Shown here piece by piece: positions 8,523 through 19,240 of a stretch of DNA of 64,000 bases; position 1 is the first letter of the stretch; each line of letters opens with the position of its first letter. The stretch comes from Euryarchaeota archaeon UBA171. GTDB taxonomy: Archaea > Thermoplasmatota > Poseidoniia > Poseidoniales > Thalassarchaeaceae. The position numbers and the translations under genes were made by a program. The stretch is from NCBI GenBank assembly GCA_002497295.1, contig DANO01000018.1:11909-75908 (forward strand), in the 5' to 3' direction. The notes beneath the pieces were generated by a model. It worked only from the letters and a program-made list of their open reading frames with translations, was not told the origin of the DNA and made no database searches.

Positions 8523-10880
8523 ATGAAGCGCATCTCGACAATCGCTGTGATACTCGCTCTTCTGATGCAAGGATGCCTCGCATCGGTGAATCCGGATGAT
8601 GAAATATGGCCTCCTGATGGCGATTATCCTAGACTCGAACTATCAGAAAAATCCAGATCCAATGCTGTGCTGCAAAATTTCAATGACTGCGACTCATTGC
8701 TGCAGACGCTCCAACAGAATCTCCTCGATGAGATGGCAGTCCGACTCGACCAGGAATCTTACTGGCACTGGTCTAATCCAATACTACGTGATTTCGGAGG
8801 AGTCTGGTTCGACGATGCTATGGCGGAAGGAACGGACACCGCTCTAGACAGCAGCACTGAATCATCTCCTTCGAGGGAAGGCGAGTATTCAGGAACCAAT
8901 AACCAAGAATCTGGTGTAGATGAGGCGGATTTCCTGAAGACAGATGGTTTCCATACATACATGCTCAATGGCCCATTGTTGTTGATCATGGAAATACCCG
9001 AATTCGGCCAGATTAGCCTCCTAAGTACGATGGAGCTTGAAGGAAATCCGATGTCGATGATGATTGAGGGAGATACCATGGTGGTCGCTTCCTCCGTGTA
9101 CGGGTGGCAGCTTGAAGATGATCATCCCTTGACACAAATCCTCGCCAGGGAATACACATATCCAAATTCTGATTATGTCTACAAACATTATCGATCTGAT
9201 TTGGTAAAATACTCTATCATCGACATAAGTGATAGGAATACTCCCTCCATCCAGCATGAGATATACCTCGAAGGGTACTACAATACTGCTCGCTTGGTGG
9301 ACGGTACCGTACGAAGCATTACCCATGCACAGATGGATGTCTGGGGCCTGGAGTATTATGTAGCCCTTCCAGACGAATATTGGTCGATTGAAGATATGTA
9401 TGAGCGAATGGATGTCTGGAATTCTTCGCTTTTGCAGACATTATCCGATAATCGTGACAGGATTCTGGCGCTTACACTCGATGACCTTCTCCCTCAAAGG
9501 TATGTGGTGGATGGAGACAATGTGGTCATTTTACCATATTCTGTCAGTGAATGCAGCGAGTATGCAGCATCTTCAGATAGCGTAGCTAGAGGATTCTTGT
9601 CGATTGCAACCTTCGACATATCAAATGATTATGTATCCATGGAGGTCGATCATATAGCATCATCATGGGCCCACGTGTACGCCTCACCTGATGCGTTGGT
9701 TTTCGCTGAACCTGCAAATGACTGGTGGTGGTTTTGGGGTAATGATGAATATGAGGATGCAACTAATATCCATGTATTCGATATCTCCCAACCAGGAACA
9801 ACATCCTATGTTGCGTCTGGCAGAGTATCTGGAACCGTCCAAGATCAGTTTTCAATATCCGAGTTTCAGGGAGTCATACGAGTCGCCTCAACTACCGATG
9901 CTTGGGGGCGTTGGTGGATATCGGATTCTATGAATTCGGAAACCGACGAACCTGTATTCACTGGCCCATCCAACAGAGTCACTATGCTAGAACCAACTTC
10001 ATCTGGCGATTTAGATCAGATTGGCATAATCGAGGGAATAGCTGATGGGGAGAGGATATGGAGTGCTCGATTCATGGGGGAAAGAGCATATCTCGTCACG
10101 TTTGAAACCATAGACCCTCTTTGGGTTCTAGACCTGTCTGATCCTGTCAACCCCACCATACTGGGTGAGTTGGAGGTTCCCGGAGTCTCAACATACATCC
10201 ATCCTGTTGATGAGAATACCCTCCTGACTATCGGAATTGGACCGGGTGATGACGGTCTTGGACTCGATTGGTCTATGACTCAGATATCGCTCTTCGACGT
10301 CAGCGATCCGACGAATCCCACATTAGCCGACTCTCTGCCGATATCACCAGTTCACGCGGATGATGACTGCCAAAATATCCGTACCTGCGGATGGTCATGG
10401 TCCTGGTCGGAAGCAACATACGAACACAAGGCATTCACATATTGGGCGCCAGAAAATATGCTTGCAATACCCCTGTCCACTTATCGATACGTGTACGATG
10501 AAAACTACTATCAAGGTGGTTATGAACACATCTCGATGCTAAAACTGATTGATGTAGATACGGAAAATCTGAGCTTATCAGAACACGGCGAAATAGACCA
10601 CTCATCGTTCTACAACGACGACGATGGACCCAATTGGTGGTTCTATAGCACCAGTATCCGCCGGTCCATATTCATGGGAGACTACATCTATGCATTCTCT
10701 ACTCTGGGTGTAACAATCCATAATACCACTGACCTGACTCATATGCAAGATATGCTAATCCCAGGATCGCATTATGTGGAAGATGTAGGGGAAGCAGAGT
10801 CTGAACAGGAGTCAAACGAGTCATCGGGAGAAGATGAACCATGTCCAGATGGCTCTGAAGGAGATTCCTGCCAAGACTAG
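8523..10880 (+). CDS. Secreted lipoprotein with beta-propeller domain
   Basis: Signal peptide with lipobox-like LLMQGC; YSGTNNQESGVDEADFLKTDG, ERIWSARFMG.RAYLVTF..IDPL, GELEVPG.STYIHP, HKAF motifs. Confidence 0.85.
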   Translation: MKRISTIAVILALLMQGCLASVNPDDEIWPPDGDYPRLELSEKSRSNAVLQNFNDCDSLLQTLQQNLLDEMAVRLDQESYWHWSNPILRDFGGVWFDDAMAEGTDTALDSSTESSPSREGEYSGTNNQESGVDEADFLKTDGFHTYMLNGPLLLIMEIPEFGQISLLSTMELEGNPMSMMIEGDTMVVASSVYGWQLEDDHPLTQILAREYTYPNSDYVYKHYRSDLVKYSIIDISDRNTPSIQHEIYLEGYYNTARLVDGTVRSITHAQMDVWGLEYYVALPDEYWSIEDMYERMDVWNSSLLQTLSDNRDRILALTLDDLLPQRYVVDGDNVVILPYSVSECSEYAASSDSVARGFLSIATFDISNDYVSMEVDHIASSWAHVYASPDALVFAEPANDWWWFWGNDEYEDATNIHVFDISQPGTTSYVASGRVSGTVQDQFSISEFQGVIRVASTTDAWGRWWISDSMNSETDEPVFTGPSNRVTMLEPTSSGDLDQIGIIEGIADGERIWSARFMGERAYLVTFETIDPLWVLDLSDPVNPTILGELEVPGVSTYIHPVDENTLLTIGIGPGDDGLGLDWSMTQISLFDVSDPTNPTLADSLPISPVHADDDCQNIRTCGWSWSWSEATYEHKAFTYWAPENMLAIPLSTYRYVYDENYYQGGYEHISMLKLIDVDTENLSLSEHGEIDHSSFYNDDDGPNWWFYSTSIRRSIFMGDYIYAFSTLGVTIHNTTDLTHMQDMLIPGSHYVEDVGEAESEQESNESSGEDEPCPDGSEGDSCQD

Positions 10881-12253
10881 AATTGGTTGAATTTCAATAC
10901 CCTTCCAGTAGAACCGGGTTCAGCCACAGATATTCCTTTTAGAGATCCCCCGACCTCTCGTCTGTGAACTATTTCTCCATCTACGATGGTGTATATTGGC
11001 CACCCCGTTAGCTCTCTTCCCGCATAGGGCGTCCATCCTACCTTTGTCCATGTGTCTTCATCAGAGATAATCCGGTGCGTATCTAGATCAACCAGTGTCA
11101 AATCAGCATCATATCCTTCTATTATCGATCCTTTCTTCTCGATTCCGTAGACTTTTGCTGGCCCTTCACACATCCAATTCACTACGTCTGTGACACTACA
11201 TTTCCCACCTACTGCGTGAGTAAGCATCACGGGAAGCGATGTTTCAACCCCCGGCATTCCAGCCGGAGCTTTGGGGAAACCAGCCGATTTGGCTTCCAAT
11301 GTATGCGGGGCATGGTCTGTCACAATACAATCTATGGTGCCGTCTTTGAGGCGCTTCCATAGGGTCTCCTTATCCTCTGTATACCTGATTGGAGGATTCA
11401 TCAGGGCTCTGACGCCTAGTTTTTCAACATCATTTTGGTCAAAGGTTAGGTGCTGGGTACAAACTTCGGTTGTGATTAAATCACCTTTATTTCCTACTAA
11501 CCAATCTGCTTCTCTGGCGCTGGTAAGATGCACGATATGTAGTCGATGGTCATAATCGCGCGCCAGACCAGACGCGCGCTTCGTCGCTAGGAAAGCACAT
11601 TCCACATCTCGACATTCGGCATGAGCCGCAATATCCGTGCGATGTGCGTACTCACTTATTCGAGTTTGGAGACGAGATTCATCTTCCGCATGGGTTGCAA
11701 TGACTCCTCCCGTATTTGAGAAGATATTTTCCAGATGCCTTTGCTCATGGACAAGCAGATCTCCTGTGCTGCTCCCCATGAAAACCTTAATTCCACAAAC
11801 GCCATCCATCCCTTCTACGCTCTGCAAATCACTCACATTGTCCTTGGTCGCACCGACAAAGAAACCATGGTGAGTCACAGTTTTCTTCGCTGCTAGGGCA
11901 ATCTTTGCCTCGAGAGTTTCCCGATTAGTGGCATTGGGTATGTTATTTGGCATATCCAAGAATGAAGTTACACCACCGGCAGCAGCAGCGCGACTCCCAC
12001 TTCGAAGATCTTCTTTTTCAGGTTGACCAGGCTCCCGGAAGTGCACATGTGGATCAATAACGCCCGGAAGTAGATGTAATCCCGTGGCATCGATAGTATA
12101 CTCGCCATCTTGCGGTTCTAAACCTCCGCCAGGCGCAATAGTGGCGATTGAACCATTAGTAACTCGAAGGTCTCCCCTTGTCACTCGATCAGGCAAAACT
12201 AACGAGGCATTTTGAATCAGCATATGGCGGGTCATGTGTGGTTCCAATGTCAC
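10877..12253 (-). CDS. pyrC: Dihydroorotase (amidohydrolase superfamily)
   Basis: DPHVHFREPG, DMPNN.P, KVFMGSS, MNPPIR, TDHAPH motifs. Confidence 0.85.
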   Translation of the reverse strand: MTLEPHMTRHMLIQNASLVLPDRVTRGDLRVTNGSIATIAPGGGLEPQDGEYTIDATGLHLLPGVIDPHVHFREPGQPEKEDLRSGSRAAAAGGVTSFLDMPNNIPNATNRETLEAKIALAAKKTVTHHGFFVGATKDNVSDLQSVEGMDGVCGIKVFMGSSTGDLLVHEQRHLENIFSNTGGVIATHAEDESRLQTRISEYAHRTDIAAHAECRDVECAFLATKRASGLARDYDHRLHIVHLTSAREADWLVGNKGDLITTEVCTQHLTFDQNDVEKLGVRALMNPPIRYTEDKETLWKRLKDGTIDCIVTDHAPHTLEAKSAGFPKAPAGMPGVETSLPVMLTHAVGGKCSVTDVVNWMCEGPAKVYGIEKKGSIIEGYDADLTLVDLDTHRIISDEDTWTKVGWTPYAGRELTGWPIYTIVDGEIVHRREVGGSLKGISVAEPGSTGRVLKFNQF

Positions 12254-12345
12254 CGTAATGCAGCCATCACAATACTGTTTTCATTATGGGAATAACATAC
12301 TATCTCCCCGCTCGCTTCAAATAAGCGATAGTACGGCGGACAAGC

Positions 12346-12423
12346 AGCGGGTTGGAGTAGTCAGGTTATCTCGTCGGGCTCATAACCCGGAGACCGGTGG
12401 TTCAAATCCACCATCCGCTACCA
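12346..12423 (+). tRNA. tRNA-Met (CAU), initiator type, CCA encoded
   Basis: Acceptor AGCGGGT/ATCCGCT with A1-U72 pair; anticodon arm TCGGG-CTCATAA-CCCGG with three G-C pairs; T arm GGTGG-TTCAAAT-CCACC; ends ACCA. Confidence 0.95.
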
Positions 12424-12557
12424 CATCCATTTCAAAGTGAACGTGAGTTGAAAGTGAATATTCGATAGACTCAGAGCCATCTTCATGTTGATAAATAGAA
12501 TTCTAGTAAACAAGGGTCAATGCGTGTTTCATATACCCTGGTTGCTGAGAGGAGGAT

Positions 12558-13559
12558 ATGGCATCAAAGAAGACCACACAAAAAATCGAAGATGAAGAGA
12601 TAGTAATCGATGCTGAAGATGAAGAACCAGGCATCGAAGATTTGCCAGGCGTAGGACCAGCAACTGCAGAGAAACTCAGAGAAGCAGGATTCGACGAACT
12701 CATGACTATTGCAGTCATGAGTCCAAAAGAACTTGGCGATCAAGCAGAATTAGGCGAAGCTGTTGCATCCAAAATAATTGCAGGCGCTAAGAAGATGGTA
12801 AATGTCGGTGGATTCGTAAGCGGGGTCTCTCTTCTCGAACGCCGTTCTCAGGTCCAAAAATTGACGTCCGGAGCCGCCGCTCTCGATGAACTCCTCGGAG
12901 GTGGTTTCGAGACCCAAGCGATTGTCGAGGTCTTCGGAGAGTTTGGCAGTGGAAAGACGCAGATAGGGCATCAACTCGCAGTCAATACGATCTTGCCAAT
13001 TGCCCAAGGAGGATTTGATGGAGAAGTATTCTACATAGACACAGAAGACACATTCAGGCCTGAAAGAATTGCTCAGATGGCGGAAGGGGCGGGACTAGAT
13101 CCTAATGCTGTATTGGACAGAATACATGTTGCAAGAGCATACAACTCTGCTCATCAGATGCTACTCGTAGACGAGATAAAGAGAATGTCAAAAAGCATCG
13201 ATGTTAAGATGGTCATTGTCGATTCACTGACCAGCCATTTCCGAGCTGAGTATGTCGGGAGAGGCATGCTCGCAGACAGACAACAGAAATTGAACAAGCA
13301 TCTCAAAGAACTCAAGCAACTTTCCGATGTGAACAACGCTCTCGTACTTGTCACAAATCAGGTGATGTCGAATCCAGGGACAATGTGGGGAGATCCAACT
13401 AAGGCGATTGGCGGACATATTGTGGGCCACGCAAGCACATTCAGGCTTTACTTGCGTAAGTCAAAGGGCGGCAGAAGAATAGCCAGACTAATTGATAGCC
13501 CAAATCTTCCAGAGGGCGAAGCTGTATTTACAGTCACAGCAGAAGGAATCAGAGAGTAA
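12558..13559 (+). CDS. radA: DNA repair and recombination protein RadA
   Basis: N-terminal HhH ([12 protein letters not shown]), Walker [31 protein letters not shown]. Confidence 0.97.
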   Translation: MASKKTTQKIEDEEIVIDAEDEEPGIEDLPGVGPATAEKLREAGFDELMTIAVMSPKELGDQAELGEAVASKIIAGAKKMVNVGGFVSGVSLLERRSQVQKLTSGAAALDELLGGGFETQAIVEVFGEFGSGKTQIGHQLAVNTILPIAQGGFDGEVFYIDTEDTFRPERIAQMAEGAGLDPNAVLDRIHVARAYNSAHQMLLVDEIKRMSKSIDVKMVIVDSLTSHFRAEYVGRGMLADRQQKLNKHLKELKQLSDVNNALVLVTNQVMSNPGTMWGDPTKAIGGHIVGHASTFRLYLRKSKGGRRIARLIDSPNLPEGEAVFTVTAEGIRE

Positions 13560-13563
13560 TCGG

Positions 13564-15273
13564 TCAAACAGAAAGTTCAGAGAGCGATTTTCTGACCGAA
13601 CTTACGAGATTCCCAATATGCCCCTCATCGAAACTCAAATCGATGTCTGCTGATTCAAAAAGATGAGGAAGCGTACGCGTATTTCCAAGTTTCATAGCGT
13701 TCGCATAATCATTCAGAGCCTTCTCCGGATCATTAAGCTGAGTCATCCATATTTGCAAAGCCCCAAGTTGAGCTATCCCGTATTCGATGTAGTAGAAAGG
13801 CGCCCCAAATAAGTGCCCTTGAGTCTGCCAAAAGAGTGCCTCATCTTCTTCGAATCCATTCCAGTTTGTCCTAGGCCCATATTTCCCCCTAAGGTCAAGC
13901 CATGCTTTCGAGCGTTCCTCGCGTGTATGGTTTGGATTTGAGTACATCCAGTGTTGAAATGCATCAATTCTACATATCCATGCGAGAAGGCCGATAATGG
14001 CCTCAAGATGCATCTTCCTCGCACGATCTGTTGTTTCTTTCGAGTCATAGAACTCACTCCAGTAGGGTTGAGTAAGAAGTTCCATTGACATCGAAGCAAC
14101 CTCTGCAAATTCAATTGGATAGTTACGATCCTGTATGAGGTCATGATGACTACAATACATCGTATGGAAAGCATGTCCAGCTTCATGAATCATGGTCTCT
14201 ACATCCCCCTGCTGACCGGATGCATTCATGAAAATGAAGGGGAGCCCGGTTTTTTCCAAATTATACTGGTATCCCCCGGGGGCCTTTCCCTTCCTGCTGT
14301 CGAGATCCAGAACTTCACCCTCAATCAGTCGATTGAACATTTCACCCAATTCAGGAGATAGCGAATGGAAGACCTTCAAAGTGATTGATACCAAATCATC
14401 CACTTCTTCGAAAGGCTGTAGAGGGGGCCGTCCAAAAATATCGGGAGAATCTCCTGACTTCTCATTAACGTCCCAGGGCTTCAACTCATCGTACTCGAAA
14501 CCATTTCGACGTTCCTCATTTATGCTGTGAATCAAAGGCATACAATGAATCTCTACAGCCTCATGAAACGCCAGACAATCTTTCGGAGTATAATCAAATC
14601 TCTCCATGGAACGGAATGCATAGTCAACATAGTTTTCAAATCCTGAATTAATGGCTATTTTGTGCCTTATTCGAACTAATTCGTCCATGATTTCAGATAT
14701 TCTTTCCGAATCGATCATTCTTCTCTCTCTGATTTTCGTCCATGCCAAACGTCGAATATCGCGATCATTCGATTCCAAGAATTTTCTCATCTGAGGCATA
14801 GTACGCTCCACACCATCGAATTCTACAGTCATCGCACCAGTAATCTTCTGATATTCCGTAGACAGCCTCGTACATTCTACGGATAGGGGGATATTCTCCT
14901 CCCTGAATATTTCAATCGAGTTCTGCATACTTCTTAGAATCAGATCATAACGTTCTGGAAGGCTCCCCAGGAAGTCAAGGCTTGCTATTTTCAAATCGAT
15001 CTTGTTGGAAACCTCTGACATTTTTGGACGTACATTTTCTACGAATGACATGAAAGCAGATTGCTTCTCTTCGTTTTCAGTATCACAAGTCATCCCGATG
15101 TACAATTTTGCACCGGCTTCCGAGACATGCTCCGCCATATCGGATATATCTTTGAAAAGAGACTCCAAATCATCTGCATCCTCAACCGGACGCTCTAGAA
15201 GATTCGTCGCCACAGGCTTCAAATCATTCCACGATGTAGCGTTGAAATCATCTGCGAGGGGAAACATCTCCAT
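13564..15273 (-). CDS. M3 family oligoendopeptidase
   Basis: HEAGH zinc motif, RKGKAPGGY, EFAEVASMSME, PFYYIEY. Confidence 0.92.
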   Translation of the reverse strand: MEMFPLADDFNATSWNDLKPVATNLLERPVEDADDLESLFKDISDMAEHVSEAGAKLYIGMTCDTENEEKQSAFMSFVENVRPKMSEVSNKIDLKIASLDFLGSLPERYDLILRSMQNSIEIFREENIPLSVECTRLSTEYQKITGAMTVEFDGVERTMPQMRKFLESNDRDIRRLAWTKIRERRMIDSERISEIMDELVRIRHKIAINSGFENYVDYAFRSMERFDYTPKDCLAFHEAVEIHCMPLIHSINEERRNGFEYDELKPWDVNEKSGDSPDIFGRPPLQPFEEVDDLVSITLKVFHSLSPELGEMFNRLIEGEVLDLDSRKGKAPGGYQYNLEKTGLPFIFMNASGQQGDVETMIHEAGHAFHTMYCSHHDLIQDRNYPIEFAEVASMSMELLTQPYWSEFYDSKETTDRARKMHLEAIIGLLAWICRIDAFQHWMYSNPNHTREERSKAWLDLRGKYGPRTNWNGFEEDEALFWQTQGHLFGAPFYYIEYGIAQLGALQIWMTQLNDPEKALNDYANAMKLGNTRTLPHLFESADIDLSFDEGHIGNLVSSVRKSLSELSV

Positions 15274-15276
15274 TCC

Positions 15277-15522
15277 TCAATTACGATGGGAGTAGGGTCC
15301 GATCGGAAGTGGCCCATCCTCTCTAGAATACTTCTGGCGCTTCCATTTCTTGGCCGCTTCTTGAACCGTTTCTCTTATTTTTTCCAAGTCTGGATGTTCT
15401 GGATTCTCTTTTTCAATCCAGCAAGCGGAGCAATAACGCACTCCAGCGTGATCAACATAGTTGCTAGGAGTACAACCGACACCGCATACAGAGCATTTCC
15501 CATAGCCAAGGAATCTGGACAT
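15277..15522 (-). CDS. Small zinc-finger protein
   Basis: CSVC...CSAC; GGGAGGG Shine-Dalgarno; stop lies 3 nt before the M3 peptidase start. Confidence 0.6.
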   Translation of the reverse strand: MSRFLGYGKCSVCGVGCTPSNYVDHAGVRYCSACWIEKENPEHPDLEKIRETVQEAAKKWKRQKYSREDGPLPIGPYSHRN

Positions 15523-15562
15523 CGTCCCTCCCAGAACAGACTCACCTATCAGATTGACTGAT

Positions 15563-16120
15563 TCAGTTAATCACTGAATTAGAAAGATGGATTATGAATG
15601 CCTCCTCAAGAGATACAAACTCACCTTCATCAACAGAACCCTTAATTTTTCTTAGGCCACTAAGTGTTGGAATCGGACGTTCAGGAATCAATACCCCTCC
15701 TAGATGCCCAATCAATAGATCAGCATCGTCGCTGAGATCGTTGTAGTATTCTCGCGAGATATTCATTTCATACAGTGGCGAACCATTCGACTCTTCAGGA
15801 AGATAGAACAGCCAAGCACGTGAATCCCCCTCGCCTAAACCCGAACGCTTGATTCCTTCAGTGATTTGTCTTGTCCCGCCAACAATTCTCATAAATTCTG
15901 TTTCAGGACTTCTGGCCACACTGTCTCCACGGGATTCCAGCCTTCTAAGTGCAGTCCACGCTGACCAGGCATGATTCTCACTGGCAACGACTCCATCGCC
16001 TATCAAACCCCACCTCTCACTTGCTCTCCATTCATGAAGGGATTCAAGAAGGTCATGAAGGATAACAGGTTCATGGAAGCGGATTCCCCATATTGGGAAC
16101 CATGGAACCATCGCAGTCAT
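15563..16120 (-). CDS. cgi121: KEOPS subunit Cgi121-like protein
   Basis: H...A......G..VARS.E.E....GGTRQI.E.IK..G resembles the Cgi121 core; lies directly downstream of Hel308. Confidence 0.6.
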   Translation of the reverse strand: MTAMVPWFPIWGIRFHEPVILHDLLESLHEWRASERWGLIGDGVVASENHAWSAWTALRRLESRGDSVARSPETEFMRIVGGTRQITEGIKRSGLGEGDSRAWLFYLPEESNGSPLYEMNISREYYNDLSDDADLLIGHLGGVLIPERPIPTLSGLRKIKGSVDEGEFVSLEEAFIIHLSNSVIN

Positions 16121-16145
16121 GACGGTCCCAGAACGTCACTCAAAA

Positions 16146-18704
16146 TCAAGCCTTGCCACTCATTCCTTTAATTTTTGAAGACGCCTCTTTCCTGATATTG
16201 GTGGCCAATTTGACACTCCACCCCTGAAGCGTAGATAGCTTGTTGATATCGGAATCAGTCATTGATGCAACATCGCTAACAGACTCCAGAGACAACTTCT
16301 CAATCATATCTCTAGCCCTTGACCTACCAACTCCACGAATTGAAACCAACTGAATTATGTCAGATCTACACCCATGTCTAATTCTGATTTGCACCTCTCG
16401 AAGAAGTTCAGTCAACGAATCGGCAATTGAACCATTATCCACAATATTCTCAGAAGACTCTGCAAGTATCCTGATTGACGACCTCAATAACCACTCCACA
16501 CCATCTACTCGTGATCTAATATCTCCTGGTTGAACTCCCCACGAGGACTCCAGTTCACCCATCGTTCGTTCCTCTATCCAATCTAATAGCATCGAAGTAG
16601 ATTTAACTCGTTCAAGCTCCTCAGTAACATCAAGTGAAATGAGCCTCTCTCGGTCATGGATGCTAGATCGAATTTCCATGTCCTCAAGCTCACTCCGCTT
16701 TACCCATAGCTTCTGAAAATCGGGAGTTGAAATCGTTAGATGGATGAGTGAGAACGGAGTAATCTGCCCTATATCATCGACACCCGAGAGTATGGCGCCA
16801 GCTCTAGACAGGCCATCAGATATTATCCGGCCTGAAATCGGATTGAGATACAGCCTTGCTACGGTTCTTCCAAGCCCTGTTGCCCGATACGTCATAGACA
16901 GGGATTCAGGTGCCTCTAGCACTGCCCTTTCAACATCACTTGCACGACTGAATCCGAAGACAGCGGGACCCTTTCTCGGACTTATCACACGTCTTTCGAG
17001 TATTTCTCGTTGAATGTTCTCAACTCTTACTAACCCTCCAGCAACCTTTGCCCAATCCGGAAGATCATCTCCCCAGTCTTCTTCCCGCTCCTCTGAGAAA
17101 TCAATCTCAGATATTCTCTCAGTGACTTTAGGATCTTCCCCAGATCTTTCTATCATGCCATTGTCTGCCAACCATACTATTGACCGATCGATCCTCGATT
17201 CCATCTCCTCATTATCCAGGGAATCTGCAAGAAATGTTTGAGCTAGGAATGAGCCCAGTGCGAATCTGTCATTCAGGCCCCCTGTCGCTATCAATGCCAA
17301 GAGATGGGTCAATAGGGCCGGATCCTCCTCGGCGATGGATGAATTAGGATTTGCAAGTTTGGAGACAATCGGCTCAATCCCTCCAAGTAAATATCGATCC
17401 ACGATAAACTGCTCTTCATCCGAATTCTTGGCTAATATCATGCCTTCACCATGAGGATCATAACCGGGCCTACCAGCCCTTCCTAGCATCTGACGGACCT
17501 CGATTGCTCTGATCGGCACTGATCCCCCAGCAGCGGAATTCCATCTCCTATGATCCCTTATCACGACCCTTCTCGAAGGTAGATTCACTCCTTGTGCCAA
17601 GGTCGGAGTGGCAACGAGTGCCGTTAAATTGCCCATTCTGAATGAATCCTCTATGATTCTCCTCTGCCGAGAGGAAAGACCAGCGTGATGAAATCCGATT
17701 CCTCTTGAAACAGATTCAGCCAATGCCTTGCTCATGGTAGTCCCTTCGCTAGCACCAGTAATCGACTTCGAAATACTCTCCCAATTTTCTATTTGAGATC
17801 GTATATTTTCATTCCCTTCTCTTTCGGAAATACGCTTGATGTGTTTAGACAATTCTCGGGCCTCTTTTTGCGCTGAAGCCCTTGAATTTACGAATATGAG
17901 AGTTTGTCCACCAGTCTCCATCGCATCGAGTACCAATGCCCTAAGATTTTGATTGGGGTTGCCAGATATTTCTCTAGGCGAGGGGAGATCCCTCTCAATC
18001 ATCCCATCTATTCTGTGAATCTTCAGATCCAGCCCATTCACAGTACCCGATTGAAGCTCCACAGGACGCCATTCAGATTTTACCAGATCGGCTTTGAGCC
18101 AATTCGCCACTGAATCTGAATTTCCAACCGTAGCTGATAGAGCTATGATCTGACATCCAGGTCTCTCATGCCTTATCCTGGCAATTATGATCTCGAGCGT
18201 AGGGCCCCTGCCAGGATCATCAAGAAGATGGAACTCGTCAATCACGATTGCCTCCGCATTATCTAGAAAATTTGGACGGGTCCGGATTAGAGAATCAAGA
18301 CGCTCGCTAGTACAGACAAGAACATCCCAGTCATGTAGGGAGCCCATCTCTTCTCCTCTATCTCCAAGAGCAAGACTTGCTTTGAGTCCAACTCCTTTGC
18401 ATAGCGCATGTATCTCTTCGTGCTTTTCGCTAGCCAATGCCTTTAGCGGAACCACGTAGATACCTCTCCCGCCATCACTCGAAATTACCTTCTGAAGCAT
18501 GCATATGTGCGCAACCAGAGATTTCCCACTTGCCGTGGGGATAGACAACATCAGATTCTTGCCTGTCAAGCCATGCCTGAGCGCCTCTTCTTGAGGAGGG
18601 TAAAGAGAATCTATTCCGAGCACATTCTCAACCGACTCAGCCAGTCTGGGATCAATGCCGAGAGAGCGAACTCTGGCCTGCGAACCAACTTCCATCATGA
18701 CCAT
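16146..18704 (-). CDS. hel308: Ski2-like DNA helicase Hel308/Hjm
   Basis: LYPPQ, PTASGKS, DEFH, LSAT, FHHAGL, TPTLAQGVNLP, QMLGRAGRP, C-terminal HhH GVGRSRAR. Confidence 0.92.
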   Translation of the reverse strand: MVMMEVGSQARVRSLGIDPRLAESVENVLGIDSLYPPQEEALRHGLTGKNLMLSIPTASGKSLVAHICMLQKVISSDGGRGIYVVPLKALASEKHEEIHALCKGVGLKASLALGDRGEEMGSLHDWDVLVCTSERLDSLIRTRPNFLDNAEAIVIDEFHLLDDPGRGPTLEIIIARIRHERPGCQIIALSATVGNSDSVANWLKADLVKSEWRPVELQSGTVNGLDLKIHRIDGMIERDLPSPREISGNPNQNLRALVLDAMETGGQTLIFVNSRASAQKEARELSKHIKRISEREGNENIRSQIENWESISKSITGASEGTTMSKALAESVSRGIGFHHAGLSSRQRRIIEDSFRMGNLTALVATPTLAQGVNLPSRRVVIRDHRRWNSAAGGSVPIRAIEVRQMLGRAGRPGYDPHGEGMILAKNSDEEQFIVDRYLLGGIEPIVSKLANPNSSIAEEDPALLTHLLALIATGGLNDRFALGSFLAQTFLADSLDNEEMESRIDRSIVWLADNGMIERSGEDPKVTERISEIDFSEEREEDWGDDLPDWAKVAGGLVRVENIQREILERRVISPRKGPAVFGFSRASDVERAVLEAPESLSMTYRATGLGRTVARLYLNPISGRIISDGLSRAGAILSGVDDIGQITPFSLIHLTISTPDFQKLWVKRSELEDMEIRSSIHDRERLISLDVTEELERVKSTSMLLDWIEERTMGELESSWGVQPGDIRSRVDGVEWLLRSSIRILAESSENIVDNGSIADSLTELLREVQIRIRHGCRSDIIQLVSIRGVGRSRARDMIEKLSLESVSDVASMTDSDINKLSTLQGWSVKLATNIRKEASSKIKGMSGKA

Positions 18705-18757
18705 GCTTCAAGTCAGGGCGCTAAAGGATGCCGAATGTACGAGACATCTATTTTCAA

Positions 18758-19240
18758 TCAAGACCATCTGTGAAATGCTGGATGACCTTCTTTAACCGCA
18801 ACAAAAAGTCCCTTACCTTCTGCACATAGGATTCCGTCCGCCTCAAGAGTCATCTCGATTTTTATCCGATCATCCCACTTTGATTCATCCACTGCCTTCG
18901 CCCTGATGGTCAATTTTGAGTCTGAAGGAGTCGGCCTTCTTAGATTGACAGTGTAACTAGCAGTTACTGTGCATGGAGGCTCATCCAAACCATCTCTGTC
19001 CATGATTGCGATTGCAGCAGCCCAATTCCCATGACAATCAAGCAGAGTTCCTATTATACCACCATTCACCATGCCTGGAAATGCTTGATGCTCCGGCGAA
19101 GTATCAAATTCCATTATGAGGCCATCTTCTGAACGAAAAGACCTGATTCTTAGACCGTTTAGGTTGGAAGGGCCACAACCAAAGCAGATGCTGTTACTAG
19201 CGTACTTTTCTTGAACAGACATATCGCCCACATTACTCAT
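18758..19240 (-). CDS. PaaI family thioesterase
   Basis: CFGCG..N..GL, HQAFPGMVNGGIIGTLLD, hotdog-fold size. Confidence 0.88.
   Translation of the reverse strand: MSNVGDMSVQEKYASNSICFGCGPSNLNGLRIRSFRSEDGLIMEFDTSPEHQAFPGMVNGGIIGTLLDCHGNWAAAIAIMDRDGLDEPPCTVTASYTVNLRRPTPSDSKLTIRAKAVDESKWDDRIKIEMTLEADGILCAEGKGLFVAVKEGHPAFHRWS

Noticed and set aside
12234..12440. 68-aa ORF
   Set aside because: Overlaps the tRNA-Met gene; spurious.
12424..12557. Integrated element or att site after the tRNA
   Set aside because: radA follows directly; no integrase and no duplicated tRNA 3' end was seen in the window.
12558..13559. Inteins in RadA (also checked LonB)
   Set aside because: Both have normal length and continuous motifs.
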